A stretch of 64,000 bases of DNA from Vulcanimicrobiota bacterium (GTDB lineage: Bacteria; Vulcanimicrobiota; SpSt-956; JAKJGF01): assembly GCA_040217695.1 (NCBI GenBank), contig JBEHWO010000003.1:3948-67947 (forward strand), given 5' to 3'. Every line of letters begins with the position of its first letter. Positions within the stretch are counted from its first letter, which is position 1. Shown one piece after another: positions 27,906-38,071 of this stretch. A model generated the notes under the pieces. The model did no database searches. It had not been told where the DNA came from and saw only the letters and a list, made by a program, of their open reading frames with translations. Both the position numbers and the translations under genes were made by a program.

Positions 27906-28484
27906 ATGAATATGAATTATGCAGTGGATTTAAAACAGGATATGGTATATAAAAAAAGAAGAGACTGTGAGCAGGAGGAAGCAAAAGAAAGGATGGAGTT
28001 TGCGCTGTCTGCGATCAGTTTCAATCAGGGACTTATAGAGTTTGCCGAAACAAAAGCGAATACATTACTTGTAATAAACAGTATTTTTCTTGCCACTCTG
28101 ACTGCTATGATGGACATACATATAACAGAAAATCTCTTCAGCGTAATCTTCAGTACAGTAAGAATACTGTTCCTGGTAACGACTGCATGTTCTGTTATAA
28201 CCTGCCTTATAGTGGTAATGCCTAAAAGTGATAATAATGCCATGGAGGGAAAAAAAGATTTAATATTTTTTATGGATATTTTAAGCCACAGTAACCGGGA
28301 GAATTATATATTTGAGTTCCACAGAACAAAGACAATCACTCTTATAGACGATCTGCTCAGAAGAGGTTATATGACAGCATCTATAGCAAAAGAAAAATTC
28401 AGCCGTTTTAAAGTGGCCCAGATTATGACATTTATCTCAACTTTTTTCTGGCTTTCAGGTACATGCATGTATTATTTTAAGTGA
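27906..28484 (+). CDS. Pycsar effector-like membrane protein (DUF5706/PycTM-like)
   Basis: FAETKANTLLVIN, TM helices, P...LIFF..I, IAKEKF before last TM helix. Confidence 0.7.
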   Translation: MNMNYAVDLKQDMVYKKRRDCEQEEAKERMEFALSAISFNQGLIEFAETKANTLLVINSIFLATLTAMMDIHITENLFSVIFSTVRILFLVTTACSVITCLIVVMPKSDNNAMEGKKDLIFFMDILSHSNRENYIFEFHRTKTITLIDDLLRRGYMTASIAKEKFSRFKVAQIMTFISTFFWLSGTCMYYFK

Positions 28485-28513
28485 TTTTGATTGTGTTATA
28501 TGCTGCTGAACCA

Positions 28514-29584
28514 TCAGGATTTTTTTTCAGGTTTTATTATATCAGGAACGGTAAATTGCTTTTTCATAATAGCTTCTTTTTTCTCAGCCAGAAGCTTTCT
28601 GACATCTGCCGGTATTTTATTTTCCAGACCATGATATGGAGCCATGTCGACTCCGCCTTCTATCATATCATAGATGTATTTATTTTTGAATTTACCTGTT
28701 TCAAGATCCTTTATCATTCCGGCAATTGACGTATCTACTTTCAATACTGTGCTTGTAAGAACAGTATCGGGTGCAAGTTCGTTCTGATCTGCAATGCCGC
28801 CTATGGCATAGATTTTCTTTTCCTTACATGCCTGAATACAGCCGAAACTTATACCGTCTCCGTTACAGTAAACCACATCTGCTCCCTGTTCTATCTGGGC
28901 AAGAACTGCTTCTTTCCCTTTTGCAACATCATCCCATTCATTCAGGTAAGTAATAAAAATTTTCATATCAGGTTTAACCGATTTTGCACCGAGTTTATAT
29001 GCTTCCAGCGCTCTGACTACATCAGGCACATCAAATCCGCCTGTAGCACCGATTTTATTGGTTTTTGACATGGATGCGGCAAGCATGCCTGCAAGGTACC
29101 CTGCCTGATGGGCAGGCCAGTCGTAAATAGTAACATTTTCCTTACTATCAATACCTGTGGCCCAGCCAAATTTTATTGAAGGGTAATCTTTTGCCACTTT
29201 TTTCACTGCATCACCGTAATTAAAACTGTGGGCAAGTATTAAATCATATCCCTGTGAAGCATAATCTCTTATAGCCGTTTCTGCATCTGCGACAGAGATA
29301 TTTTCCGAATAACTGAATTTTATGCCAAGATTTTTTTCGGCTTTTACAAGTCCGTCATATCCGGCAGCATTCCAGGAAACATCATTGATTTTTCCCGGCA
29401 TTATCATAGCCACCTTCCATTGTTTTACGGAACTTGCCGGTGAATTCGGTTCTGCTGCAGGAGTTGCTTCTGATATAACAGTCGGCTCTGCGGAAGGAAC
29501 AGGTGTTTCTCCTGTAGTGGTTTTCTGACATGAAGAAAAAATGACTGAAAGAAATAATAATAAAATACAGGTATATCTTTTCAT
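28514..29584 (-). CDS. BMP family ABC substrate-binding lipoprotein
   Basis: Lipobox FSSC, GKINDVSWNAAGYDG, GYLAGMLAA, QGADVV. Confidence 0.9.
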   Translation of the reverse strand: MKRYTCILLLFLSVIFSSCQKTTTGETPVPSAEPTVISEATPAAEPNSPASSVKQWKVAMIMPGKINDVSWNAAGYDGLVKAEKNLGIKFSYSENISVADAETAIRDYASQGYDLILAHSFNYGDAVKKVAKDYPSIKFGWATGIDSKENVTIYDWPAHQAGYLAGMLAASMSKTNKIGATGGFDVPDVVRALEAYKLGAKSVKPDMKIFITYLNEWDDVAKGKEAVLAQIEQGADVVYCNGDGISFGCIQACKEKKIYAIGGIADQNELAPDTVLTSTVLKVDTSIAGMIKDLETGKFKNKYIYDMIEGGVDMAPYHGLENKIPADVRKLLAEKKEAIMKKQFTVPDIIKPEKKS

Positions 29585-29599
29585 AAACTCACCTTTCTA

Positions 29600-29800
29600 C
29601 TTGACTCTGGCTATTTGATCAACTTAAATCGGGTTTCAGGTGTTGGGTTTCACGTTTTTTTGACCCATCACCCGGTACCCTTAACCTCACAAAAATAGAA
29701 CAATTCTACTTAAAAATTAAAATTCACTTATTTATTCCTGTGTAATAATAAGGCTTTTCAGAGTAAGCTTGTTTCGAGCCTCTAATTGGCCAAAGTCGAG
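29600..29800. mobile_element. MITE-like element with CTYGACTYTGGC ends and GGGT/ACCC heptamer hairpin
   Basis: CTTGACTCTGGCTATT...AATTGGCCAAAGTCGAG imperfect inverted ends; core resembles 468-525. Confidence 0.45.
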
Positions 29801-29837
29801 CTTTCTATAAACTTTAAATTTTAAAACTCTAAATTTT

Positions 29838-30254
29838 TTACTTACTCTTTGTTGCTACTGTCTTCCAGGAAATACCGCCTCTGGATTTAAAACTGCCTGT
29901 TACTTCAATCCATTCCGGTTTACATACTGCCCAGAGATCTTCCATAATATTATTGGTTATAAATTCACCGAAATCCTTTTTATTTCTGTAAGACATAAGA
30001 TAAATTTTAAGAGATTTTGCTTCTATCAGATGTTCATCAGGTATATATTTGATAATTATATCGGCAAAATCCGGCTGTCCTGTTACAGGACAGATAGATG
30101 TAAATTCTCCTTCCTGATAGAATTCTACAATAAAATCATTGTCAGGATATTTATTGGGGAAAGTCTCAAGAATGTCCATGGAAGGTTCCTGAGGATATTG
30201 TTCTATTACCGAGCCTAAAAGAGTTAATTCCTTATATTCACCTGTTTTTTTCAT
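29838..30254 (-). CDS. queF: 7-cyano-7-deazaguanine reductase (preQ1 synthase)
   Basis: LETFPN, EFTSICPVTGQPDF, EAKSLKIYL, RGGI. Confidence 0.92.
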   Translation of the reverse strand: MKKTGEYKELTLLGSVIEQYPQEPSMDILETFPNKYPDNDFIVEFYQEGEFTSICPVTGQPDFADIIIKYIPDEHLIEAKSLKIYLMSYRNKKDFGEFITNNIMEDLWAVCKPEWIEVTGSFKSRGGISWKTVATKSK

Positions 30255-30262
30255 AGTAATTT

Positions 30263-30291
30263 ATAGTATTACATTTATTTAACAGTGTCAA
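30263..30291 (-). promoter_or_regulatory. Sigma70-type promoter of queF, probably leaderless
   Basis: TTGACA-N17-TACTAT, 8 nt before ATG, no SD. Confidence 0.65.
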
Positions 30292-30584
30292 TAGAAAATT
30301 TTTTGAGTGTAAGATTTTGTGTGAATTTATATGAGAAGCATAACGGCAGGAATGATTTTATTACATGCTTATGTTCAGGTCAGTAAATGGTATTACACAA
30401 CATTTATTATACAGTCGAAATTTTGTGTATGAAAGTTAACAAAATATTAACAATTTATATAACACATGTTGCAATTTTTGTTATATACTGTAAATGAAAA
30501 ATTACAGATAACATTACGTGACAATAATCTTCCGGAAATAAAAAGGGATTTCCAGGAAAGAATTTCCTTGTGGAGGTTTTAAAA

Positions 30585-31118
30585 ATGAAAGTTGGTTTTA
30601 ACGATTTCAATTCTAACTGGGCTCAGATTTCTGAGAAAAAAGGTGCTCCCAGAAAAAAGGAAATGTCAGAAGGAATTAGAGAGACATTTATACCTTCGTC
30701 AGGGGAAGAAGTGGTATTCCCAAAACAGATATCTATAAATCCGGGAAAGATATATACTGAAGGTGCAGTCTGTCCGGGACTGGGAAAAATTGATGAGATT
30801 TGCCTGACATTCCCGGAAGAGATTAAACAAAACCATAAGACAGCTATGTCCGAAGGTATGATGGGAACGGGAACGTTAGGATGGGTCATTGCAAACGGTA
30901 ATGATATCAAAGATGGAACTGAAGGGGTAAGGCCGGCTAATATTCAGACCATGTTTGATAAATACTGGGACGGAACGAGCAGAAATCATATGGTATCTTT
31001 AGTTCAGACAGGTGCGGGCCTCCCGGGGGCGATTGCAATTAACGATCTGCCGTGGGACATACCTGCTATGCCGGTAAAGGATATACCGCCATTCCCTGTA
31101 ATGCCCCTTGAGTTATAA
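30585..31118 (+). CDS. Hypothetical protein
   Basis: GGAGG RBS before MKVGF; Pro-rich C-terminus. Confidence 0.65.
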   Translation: MKVGFNDFNSNWAQISEKKGAPRKKEMSEGIRETFIPSSGEEVVFPKQISINPGKIYTEGAVCPGLGKIDEICLTFPEEIKQNHKTAMSEGMMGTGTLGWVIANGNDIKDGTEGVRPANIQTMFDKYWDGTSRNHMVSLVQTGAGLPGAIAINDLPWDIPAMPVKDIPPFPVMPLEL

Positions 31119-31129
31119 TTTATTATAAA

Positions 31130-31747
31130 ATGGTAGAAAAATTTAATACTGTCAATAGAGATTTTGGCCCCTTTGAATTGAAAGAAAAGGGGTCAAAATT
31201 TATTTCTTATTTATACCCTGTTTCCACTGAAGAAGAGGCCGAGCAGATATTAAGCAGATTGAAAAAAGAATTTTATGATGCCACTCATATATGTTATTCC
31301 TATAGAATTGGCCCTGGTGTGGAAGAGCATGTCAGGATAAATGATGCAGGCGAACCATCGGGTACTGCAGGGAGACCTGTTTATCAGGAGATTATCAGGC
31401 GGGAACTGTTCAATGTTCTCGTTGCCGTTATCAGATATTTCGGCGGTGTTAAACTTGGTAAAGGCGGATTACAGAGAGCCTATTCCTCTGCTTCGAGAAA
31501 TGTAATAGATATATCTGATATATTTGTTTATGAGATAAAAAAAGAAATTGCTCTGTCTGTACCCTTTAATTTTATCGGGGAAATAATAAATATGGCCGGC
31601 AGGTTCGGGATAAAAATATTGTCCCAGGAATATACACAGGAAGGGGTATCTATGGTTCTTTCTGTTCCTGCAGGAAAATTAGAGGCCTTTCAGGCAAGGT
31701 TAATAGAAAAAACTGCAGGAAAGATTCGGTTCATGAGCAATCAATAA
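31130..31747 (+). CDS. yigZ: YigZ/IMPACT family protein
   Basis: KGSKFI, ATHICYSY, DAGEPSGTAGRP, RYFGGVKLGKGGL. Confidence 0.93.
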   Translation: MVEKFNTVNRDFGPFELKEKGSKFISYLYPVSTEEEAEQILSRLKKEFYDATHICYSYRIGPGVEEHVRINDAGEPSGTAGRPVYQEIIRRELFNVLVAVIRYFGGVKLGKGGLQRAYSSASRNVIDISDIFVYEIKKEIALSVPFNFIGEIINMAGRFGIKILSQEYTQEGVSMVLSVPAGKLEAFQARLIEKTAGKIRFMSNQ

Positions 31748-31853
31748 CCCGTGGCCTGTGGGTCACACTGCAATCCTGATTGACCGGCCATGAGTCTCCG
31801 GTGAGACTATGTGAAAATTAATATCTTATTTTATTCAGTTTACTCACTTTTCG

Positions 31854-33236
31854 CTAAATATTCACTTTTTGCAATGACGGCATTTCACTTTCGGAATAAT
31901 AAACAACCTTGACTATTGTGCCATAATTTGAAGTCCAGTAGAATAACTCAACAGATTGACCGGGTTTAACATCTTTTATGGCTTCCCAGAAATCTTTTAG
32001 TGATTTTACCGGGTAATAGGTCAAGTTTATGAGTATTCCCCTTATTGTTCCTTTATGTGCTCCCCATGCTTCTCCTGAACTGCCTTCCAGCACATCACTT
32101 ACATAAACACAATCCGGAGATGCCCATGAGTATGACGTTTCGTAAACAGTAGGACTGTTAGGCTGTATGACCATACCGGCAAAAGTAATATATTCTTTCG
32201 GTCTCAGAGAACCTCTTTCCAGAACATCCATATCAAGTTTGATTTCCTGTCCCATACGGCACAGGAGGAATGAGCATTTCTTACCGCCGAGATATCTCAT
32301 GGTAGATAAAAAATCTGCATTATCCATAGGTAATTTATTGTCAACGGACATTATTATGTCACCCGGCATAAACCCACTTTTCTCGGCAGGGCTTTCTTTT
32401 AGAATAGATGTTACCAGAATAGATTTTCTTGGAACAGAAGAAGAAAATTTTGCTCCGAAATCTTCTATTGCCCTGTCCGGATTGATCTCTTCTATTGTTG
32501 CACCAATCCATCCCATACGACCTGCATATGGAAGTTCTCCTTTTATGACCTGCTCTATGATTGATTTTAACTGATTTATTGCAAGGCTCCAGCCAATTCC
32601 CTGGGTAGCAGTCGTTACTGCCGTATTAACTCCTATAACAAGACCGTCTTCAAGGGATATGAGAGGGCCTCCGCTGTTACCGGGATTTATGGCTGCATCT
32701 GTTTGAAGAAAAGAACCTGCAAAATCACCGGGAGTATTGGTTGTACTTGAAATAATGCCTTTTGTTGCACAATATTCGAGTCCCATGGGATTGCCAAACG
32801 TACCTACTGAAATACCTACCGATACCTTTTCGGAATCTCCCATTACTGCACTGATTACATTGGGAGGCACACCTTTTTCACTCAATTTGAATTTTAATAT
32901 TCCGAAATCATATATAGGATCTATATATACGGGAAGAGCCTGAAATCTTTCTCCGTCTTTAAAGCTTATCTGAAGTGAACTGATTCCGTCTCCTATAACA
33001 TGTTTGTTTGTCCCGACAAAAGCATACCCTGTATTTTTATCTATATGAAGAACAAATCCGGAGCCGGTCCATGAACCACGGATAGATGTTTCAAGGGCAG
33101 TAACGGTACTTCCGTATATACGGACAGTATATTTTTCGGCTTCTTTAAAATAGTCCTGTTGACTGGTCTGTGCCGTTACAGAAGAAGAAATTAACACCAC
33201 TGCTAACATAATCAGAACATAATATTTTATCTGCAT
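31854..33236 (-). CDS. Exported trypsin-like (HtrA/S1C) serine protease with PDZ domains
   Basis: Signal peptide, GSGF, TNKHV, DFGILK, QTDAAINPGNSGGP, SPAEKSGF.PGDII. Confidence 0.9.
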   Translation of the reverse strand: MQIKYYVLIMLAVVLISSSVTAQTSQQDYFKEAEKYTVRIYGSTVTALETSIRGSWTGSGFVLHIDKNTGYAFVGTNKHVIGDGISSLQISFKDGERFQALPVYIDPIYDFGILKFKLSEKGVPPNVISAVMGDSEKVSVGISVGTFGNPMGLEYCATKGIISSTTNTPGDFAGSFLQTDAAINPGNSGGPLISLEDGLVIGVNTAVTTATQGIGWSLAINQLKSIIEQVIKGELPYAGRMGWIGATIEEINPDRAIEDFGAKFSSSVPRKSILVTSILKESPAEKSGFMPGDIIMSVDNKLPMDNADFLSTMRYLGGKKCSFLLCRMGQEIKLDMDVLERGSLRPKEYITFAGMVIQPNSPTVYETSYSWASPDCVYVSDVLEGSSGEAWGAHKGTIRGILINLTYYPVKSLKDFWEAIKDVKPGQSVELFYWTSNYGTIVKVVYYSESEMPSLQKVNI

Positions 33237-33269
33237 TAGAATCGCTCCTTTCACTATTTACCGGACCGG

Positions 33270-34355
33270 TTACGCACATGGCAGAGACACTTGCACTGTT
33301 GTTCCTTTCCCTGCTTCACTTTCTATAATGAAGTTTCCCCCTGCAAATTCTACCAGTCTTCTGGTAATAATCAGCCCGAGTCCTACACCCTGCTGTTCAT
33401 ATATTTTTCTTTCGAATTGTATATAGGCACCAATATCTGCAATCTGAAGGGGAGTCATACCTCTGCCTCTGTCAGTAATATAAAGATGAAACATATTGTC
33501 AAATCTGGCAATTATATGAACAGAATGGCCTGAAGAGGAGAACTTAAAAGCATTATCAAGTAATTCTTCAAGGATTTTTTCCAGATTTGTTTCTGAAATA
33601 TTGATAGCCCCGTCTTCTATTTCCAGTATTAAATCATTTTCTCTGTTTTCCAGTCTGGCTTTTTTTTCAGCCACATGGGATATGACATGTTTTACAGAGT
33701 TCATATTACCCTGTAAAAGTTTAATTCTGTCCAAATTTGCTTCGGCCAGTTCAAGTTCTGCATAAAGCAGTGTATTCTGTATGAGCCTGTGAAGCCTCTG
33801 GCCGGAATTGTAGATTTCCTGTACCAGTTCAAGTAATTCGTCTCTTTCAATTGTTTCATATTCGTTTATCAGTATTTCAGAGAGGCCCAGTATACCATTT
33901 AGAGGTGATCTGAACTCATGAGGCAAAGCCCTGGCGATAGAAGTCCGTAATTCATCCAGTTTTTCCCGGGATTTATTGTGTATGATTTCCTGTTTTTTTA
34001 ATCTTGTATTAATTGCGGAAAGAAGTTCTTTCCTGGTAAAAGGCTTGGTTATATAATCATCTGCTCCCAGTTCCATGCCCTGTCTCTGTTCAAGCCTGTC
34101 AGCTTTTGCCGTAAGAAAGATAAAAGGTATGGTTGCTGTTAAAGGATCTTTTCGTAATTCGCTGAGAACACTGTAGCCGTCCATTTCCGGCATCATTACA
34201 TCACAGATAATCAAATCGGGGAAAAGTTCTTTTGCCCTGGCCAGACCTGACAGTCCGTTCTCTGCCCCGGAGGCCTGATAATTTTCAAATTCCAGAGTTT
34301 TCAGTATATTTGCAAGTACAGATGGTTCATCTTCTATTACAAGAATTTTTTTCAT
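33270..34355 (-). CDS. Receiver-histidine kinase hybrid
   Basis: KILVIEDE, CDVMMPEMDG, PHEFRSPLN, DNAFKF, GVGLGL. Confidence 0.92.
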   Translation of the reverse strand: MKKILVIEDEPSVLANILKTLEFENYQASGAENGLSGLARAKELFPDLIICDVMMPEMDGYSVLSELRKDPLTATIPFIFLTAKADRLEQRQGMELGADDYITKPFTRKELLSAINTRLKKQEIIHNKSREKLDELRTSIARALPHEFRSPLNGILGLSEILINEYETIERDELLELVQEIYNSGQRLHRLIQNTLLYAELELAEANLDRIKLLQGNMNSVKHVISHVAEKKARLENRENDLILEIEDGAINISETNLEKILEELLDNAFKFSSSGHSVHIIARFDNMFHLYITDRGRGMTPLQIADIGAYIQFERKIYEQQGVGLGLIITRRLVEFAGGNFIIESEAGKGTTVQVSLPCA

Positions 34356-34378
34356 TTTTCATCACCTTTATAGTTATT

Positions 34379-35140
34379 TTAAACAAGAGGAATATTAATG
34401 GTCACAACAGTACCTTTTCCCACAGCGGATGATATATTTATATTACCTTTATGGAGTTCCAGACATCGTCTTACAATTGTAAAACCGAGACCTGCACCGG
34501 GTATGTTGCCCACATTTTTTGCCCTGTGAAATGCTTCGAACACTCTGTCTTTTTCTTCCCCGGGTATACCAATACCACTGTCTTTAACAATAAAAATAAC
34601 TTCTTTATCCATGAAACTTAAACTGCAGGTTACAGGTGTTCCTTCAGGTGAATATTTAAGGGCATTTAAGAGAATATTTAAAAGAATATTTCTGAGCAGG
34701 CTTTTATCAACAGATACATTATTACATATACCTTCATATGAGAAGTTTATCCTGGTACTGTCAACTTTTAATTCATCCAGTAGAGACTGACAGAATTTTT
34801 CAAGATCTACAGGTTCGGGTCTGAATGTCATTCTGCCTGAATCAACTTTACCAAGAATAGAAACATTATCAAGTAACACAGTCATTCTGTCTATAGCATG
34901 TTTAATACTGCAGTAAATCTGGTTCTTTTCCTCTTTTACAAGTTTTTCACTGTAATTCTCAAGTAACTCGATAGAAGATAAGATAGTAGTAAGAGGTGTA
35001 CGAAATTCATGAGATACAAGGGAAATAAAGCGGGACTTTAAAAGTTCCAGTTCTTTTATCTTTTCATTGGAAATACCTGTCTCTTTTTCTTCCAAATCTT
35101 CAGAAACCTCCGTTTGTATTATATCTACTGGGTTGAGCAT
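34379..35140 (-). CDS. Histidine kinase lacking sensor domain
   Basis: SHEFRTPL, NALKYS, DSGIGI, GAGLG; ATG lies inside a repeat element end. Confidence 0.85.
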   Translation of the reverse strand: MLNPVDIIQTEVSEDLEEKETGISNEKIKELELLKSRFISLVSHEFRTPLTTILSSIELLENYSEKLVKEEKNQIYCSIKHAIDRMTVLLDNVSILGKVDSGRMTFRPEPVDLEKFCQSLLDELKVDSTRINFSYEGICNNVSVDKSLLRNILLNILLNALKYSPEGTPVTCSLSFMDKEVIFIVKDSGIGIPGEEKDRVFEAFHRAKNVGNIPGAGLGFTIVRRCLELHKGNINISSAVGKGTVVTINIPLV

Positions 35141-35228
35141 AAATAATACATATAAATGCTCGTGACGCGTAACGCGTTACCCGTTACGGAAGGAATGATT
35201 TTATTATATGCTTATGCTCAGGTCAATA
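35126..35228 (+). mobile_element. MITE-like element (23357 family)
   Basis: TACTGGGTTGAGCATAAA...CGTGACGCGTAACGCGTTACCCGTTACG...TTATGCTCAGGTCAATA. Confidence 0.72.
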
Positions 35229-35435
35229 ATATATAGGAATTTTTACGCCCGTTAAAATATTATATGTTCGATAGTTTCAATTTAATTCTCATCCCTGTCT
35301 AACTCGTCGGAAGACACGGAATACAGTCATGAAGATTTATTTCGACATAATAACGGCAAAACCTTTCCACAGGTATAATCTTCATGGATGGAAAATTTTA
35401 TCATAATTTCGGTGCCTGTATTCATGGCTCTATAT

Positions 35436-35608
35436 TTAAAGGAAGAGATATTGAAAAGGTTGTACCTTCTTCCTCTGTTGAGGAAAAGGTAACTTTCTAC
35501 AGACTCTAAAACAACCAGTATAACTAGGATTGTTTATGGTAAAATCTGCCTGTCTTTTAAGTTCTTCTTCAGGTGCCCTTTCAGGAGAAGCAAAAAAAGT
35601 TTCCACTG
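35436..35608 (-). pseudogene. Possible remnant of a sensor-kinase N-terminus
   Basis: ETFFASPERAPEEELKRQ resembles the N-terminus of some histidine kinases, then the frame degenerates. Confidence 0.3.
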
Positions 35609-35842
35609 CTATCCTCCGCTGACCATTACTGTCAGACATATTTTATCTTTATCTTTTATTTCAGTATTCATATCGACAGGCCTATCATTTAAAAAACACA
35701 TTATAAATTCAAGCTCTTCTTCTTTATATCCTTGTGCAAGAAGTAAGTCTTTTATCTTTTTTTTACTCTCTGTGTATATTTCAATCTCAGAGTTTCCTCC
35801 CGGTTTTTTCAGGGGTCCTGTAATAGAAATATGTACCTTCAT
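35609..35842 (-). CDS. MoaD/ThiS family ubiquitin-like protein
   Basis: About 77 aa beta-grasp pattern, ending VSGG. Confidence 0.85.
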   Translation of the reverse strand: MKVHISITGPLKKPGGNSEIEIYTESKKKIKDLLLAQGYKEEELEFIMCFLNDRPVDMNTEIKDKDKICLTVMVSGG

Positions 35843-35996
35843 AAGCAATCCCTTCCTTTTACTCCGGATATGAATATACGCTAAACTATATATGATAATT
35901 TGTCAATCCCTGATATAGAAAAACCTTGCTAATCAATAGTAAAAATGTTAAAATATTTTACGAATCCGTTTTAATGGCGTAAAATAAAGCTTAGTG

Positions 35997-36222
35997 CTTA
36001 TAACGGTAAATATTCCACCGGTTATAGTCGTGACGGGTAACGCGTAACGCGTGACGGGAGGTGACAAAATCAAAGATTATCCGGTGTTGTATTTATCGGT
36101 GGCATTACTCGGGGGGGTGGGAAAAATAACCGTATCATATTTACAATCGTGACGCGTAACGCGTGACGGGAGGGGACAAAATCAAAGATTATCCGGTGTC
36201 GTATTTATCGCCGGCAGCACTT
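35997..36222 (-). repeat. Tandem dimer of heptamer-core composite repeat
   Basis: Two CGTGACG..GGGAGG.GACAAAATCAAAGATTATCCGGTGT units; reverse complement resembles 40197-40376. Confidence 0.8.
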
Positions 36223-36280
36223 GGATGAAAATTACGCAGAAAGCAATTTATCTAAATAATTTAACAGTGAGGTGGTTACG

Positions 36281-37951
36281 TTGAAACTTGTAGAATGTGT
36301 TCCGAACTTCAGTGAAGGAAGAGATAAAGCTGTAATAGGAGCCATAGCAGATGAAATTGCTGCTGTGCCGGATGTAATGCTTTTAGATGTTGATCCCGGG
36401 ATAGATACGAATAGAACGGTAATTACATTTATAGGCCCTCCGGAGCAGGTTAAAATTGCTGCCTTTAATGGTATAAAAAAGGCAGCAGAATTGATAGATA
36501 TGTCAAAACATAAAGGCGCTCATTCCAGAATAGGGGCTACCGATGTATGTCCCTTTATACCTGTAAGCGATGTAACTATGGAGGAATGTGTAAAACTTGC
36601 GGAAGAACTGGGAGAGAAGGTGTGGGAAGAGTTAAATATACCTGTTTATTTATATGAAGAAGCAGCAAAGTTACCGGAAAGAAAAAACCTTGCTTATATA
36701 AGAAAAGGGGAATATGAAGGACTTGAGGAAAGGTTTAAAGAAACTGTCTGGGCACCTGATTACGGTAAACCGGTCTTTAATGCCGGAGCCGGGGCAACTG
36801 TAATAGGAGCAAGGGAATTTCTCATAGCTTATAATGTAAATCTGAATACAAAAAATAAAAAACTTGCAAATGAAATCGCTATGAACATAAGAGAAGCAGG
36901 GAGGGCTAAAAGGGATGAACATGGTAACATATTGAAGGATGATGCCGGTAATACCATAAAAATACCCGGTAAATTAAAATATTTAAAAGCAGTCGGCTGG
37001 TATATAGAAGAATACGGGCAGTGCCAGGTCTCAATTAATCTTACTTCTTACAGAAGAACACCGCCTCATATAGCATTTGAAGAAGTAAGAAAAGAAGCTG
37101 AAAAACTTGGAGTACTTGTAACAGGGAGCGAACTTATAGGACTCATACCTGAAGAAGCAATGATTATGGCAGGCAGGTATTTCCTTGAAAAACAGGGTGC
37201 CTGTCCGGGAATACCGGCAGAAGAAGTGATTAAGATAGCTGTAAAATCTATGGGACTTGATCAACTATCTCCATTTTCTCCTGAAAAGAAAATTATAGAA
37301 TACAGAGTTTTAAAAGGAAAAACTATAACAGACCTGACAGTAAATAAATTCATAGACGAATTATCCAGTTCTTCTCCCGCACCGGGCGGAGGCAGCGCAG
37401 CATCATTATGCGGTGCCGTAAGCGCCGCTCTGTCTTCTATGGTAGCAAACCTGACATTTGGTAAAAAGGGTTATGAAGATAAATGGCCGGAAATGAAGCA
37501 GTTATCCCTGGATTCACAGGAATTAAAGAATTACTTTCTGGAAGGTGTACATAAAGACACTGAAGTCTTCAATCAGGTTATGTCAGCCGGTAATCTTCCG
37601 AAGAAAACAGATGAGGAAAAGAATATCAGAGAGATTGCACTGGAAGAAGCTACAAAAGAAGCTACGTTAATACCGGTGAGCATTTTAAAATACAGCCTCA
37701 GAGCTCTTGAATTGGCCAAAAAAGCTGCAGTGGAAGGCAATATAAATTCCATAAGTGATGCCGGTGTTGCAGCACTGACAGCTTATGCGGCATCGGAAGG
37801 AGCCTATTATAATATAAAGATAAATTTAAAATCCATAAAAGATTCCGATTTTATAGAGAAAATAGAAAAAGAGGCGAATCAAATTCTGAATAAAATTAAA
37901 GATATGACAAGAGAAGTAAGGAAACTGGTGCTGGAAAAATTGAGTAAATAG
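36281..37951 (+). CDS. ftcD: Bifunctional glutamate formimidoyltransferase/cyclodeaminase
   Basis: LVECVPNFSEGR, HKGAHSRIGATDVCPF, GAREFLIAYN, SPAPGGGS, GNINSISDAG. Confidence 0.95.
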   Translation: MKLVECVPNFSEGRDKAVIGAIADEIAAVPDVMLLDVDPGIDTNRTVITFIGPPEQVKIAAFNGIKKAAELIDMSKHKGAHSRIGATDVCPFIPVSDVTMEECVKLAEELGEKVWEELNIPVYLYEEAAKLPERKNLAYIRKGEYEGLEERFKETVWAPDYGKPVFNAGAGATVIGAREFLIAYNVNLNTKNKKLANEIAMNIREAGRAKRDEHGNILKDDAGNTIKIPGKLKYLKAVGWYIEEYGQCQVSINLTSYRRTPPHIAFEEVRKEAEKLGVLVTGSELIGLIPEEAMIMAGRYFLEKQGACPGIPAEEVIKIAVKSMGLDQLSPFSPEKKIIEYRVLKGKTITDLTVNKFIDELSSSSPAPGGGSAASLCGAVSAALSSMVANLTFGKKGYEDKWPEMKQLSLDSQELKNYFLEGVHKDTEVFNQVMSAGNLPKKTDEEKNIREIALEEATKEATLIPVSILKYSLRALELAKKAAVEGNINSISDAGVAALTAYAASEGAYYNIKINLKSIKDSDFIEKIEKEANQILNKIKDMTREVRKLVLEKLSK

Positions 37952-37958
37952 ATAATAA

Positions 37959-38050
37959 TAATTTAAGGGTATAGGAAAATTCGTTTTTTATGGCTTAAAA
38001 TAAAGATTCAGATGAAAATTAAGGAGAGGCAAGTTGTCTAAATAATTTAA
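37959..38050 (+). repeat. Dispersed AT-rich repeat (15031 family)
   Basis: TAATTTAAGGGTATAGG...GATGAAAATTAAG...TCTAAATAATTTAA. Confidence 0.65.
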
Positions 38051-38071
38051 TAAAGAAATGGAGAGTTTCCC

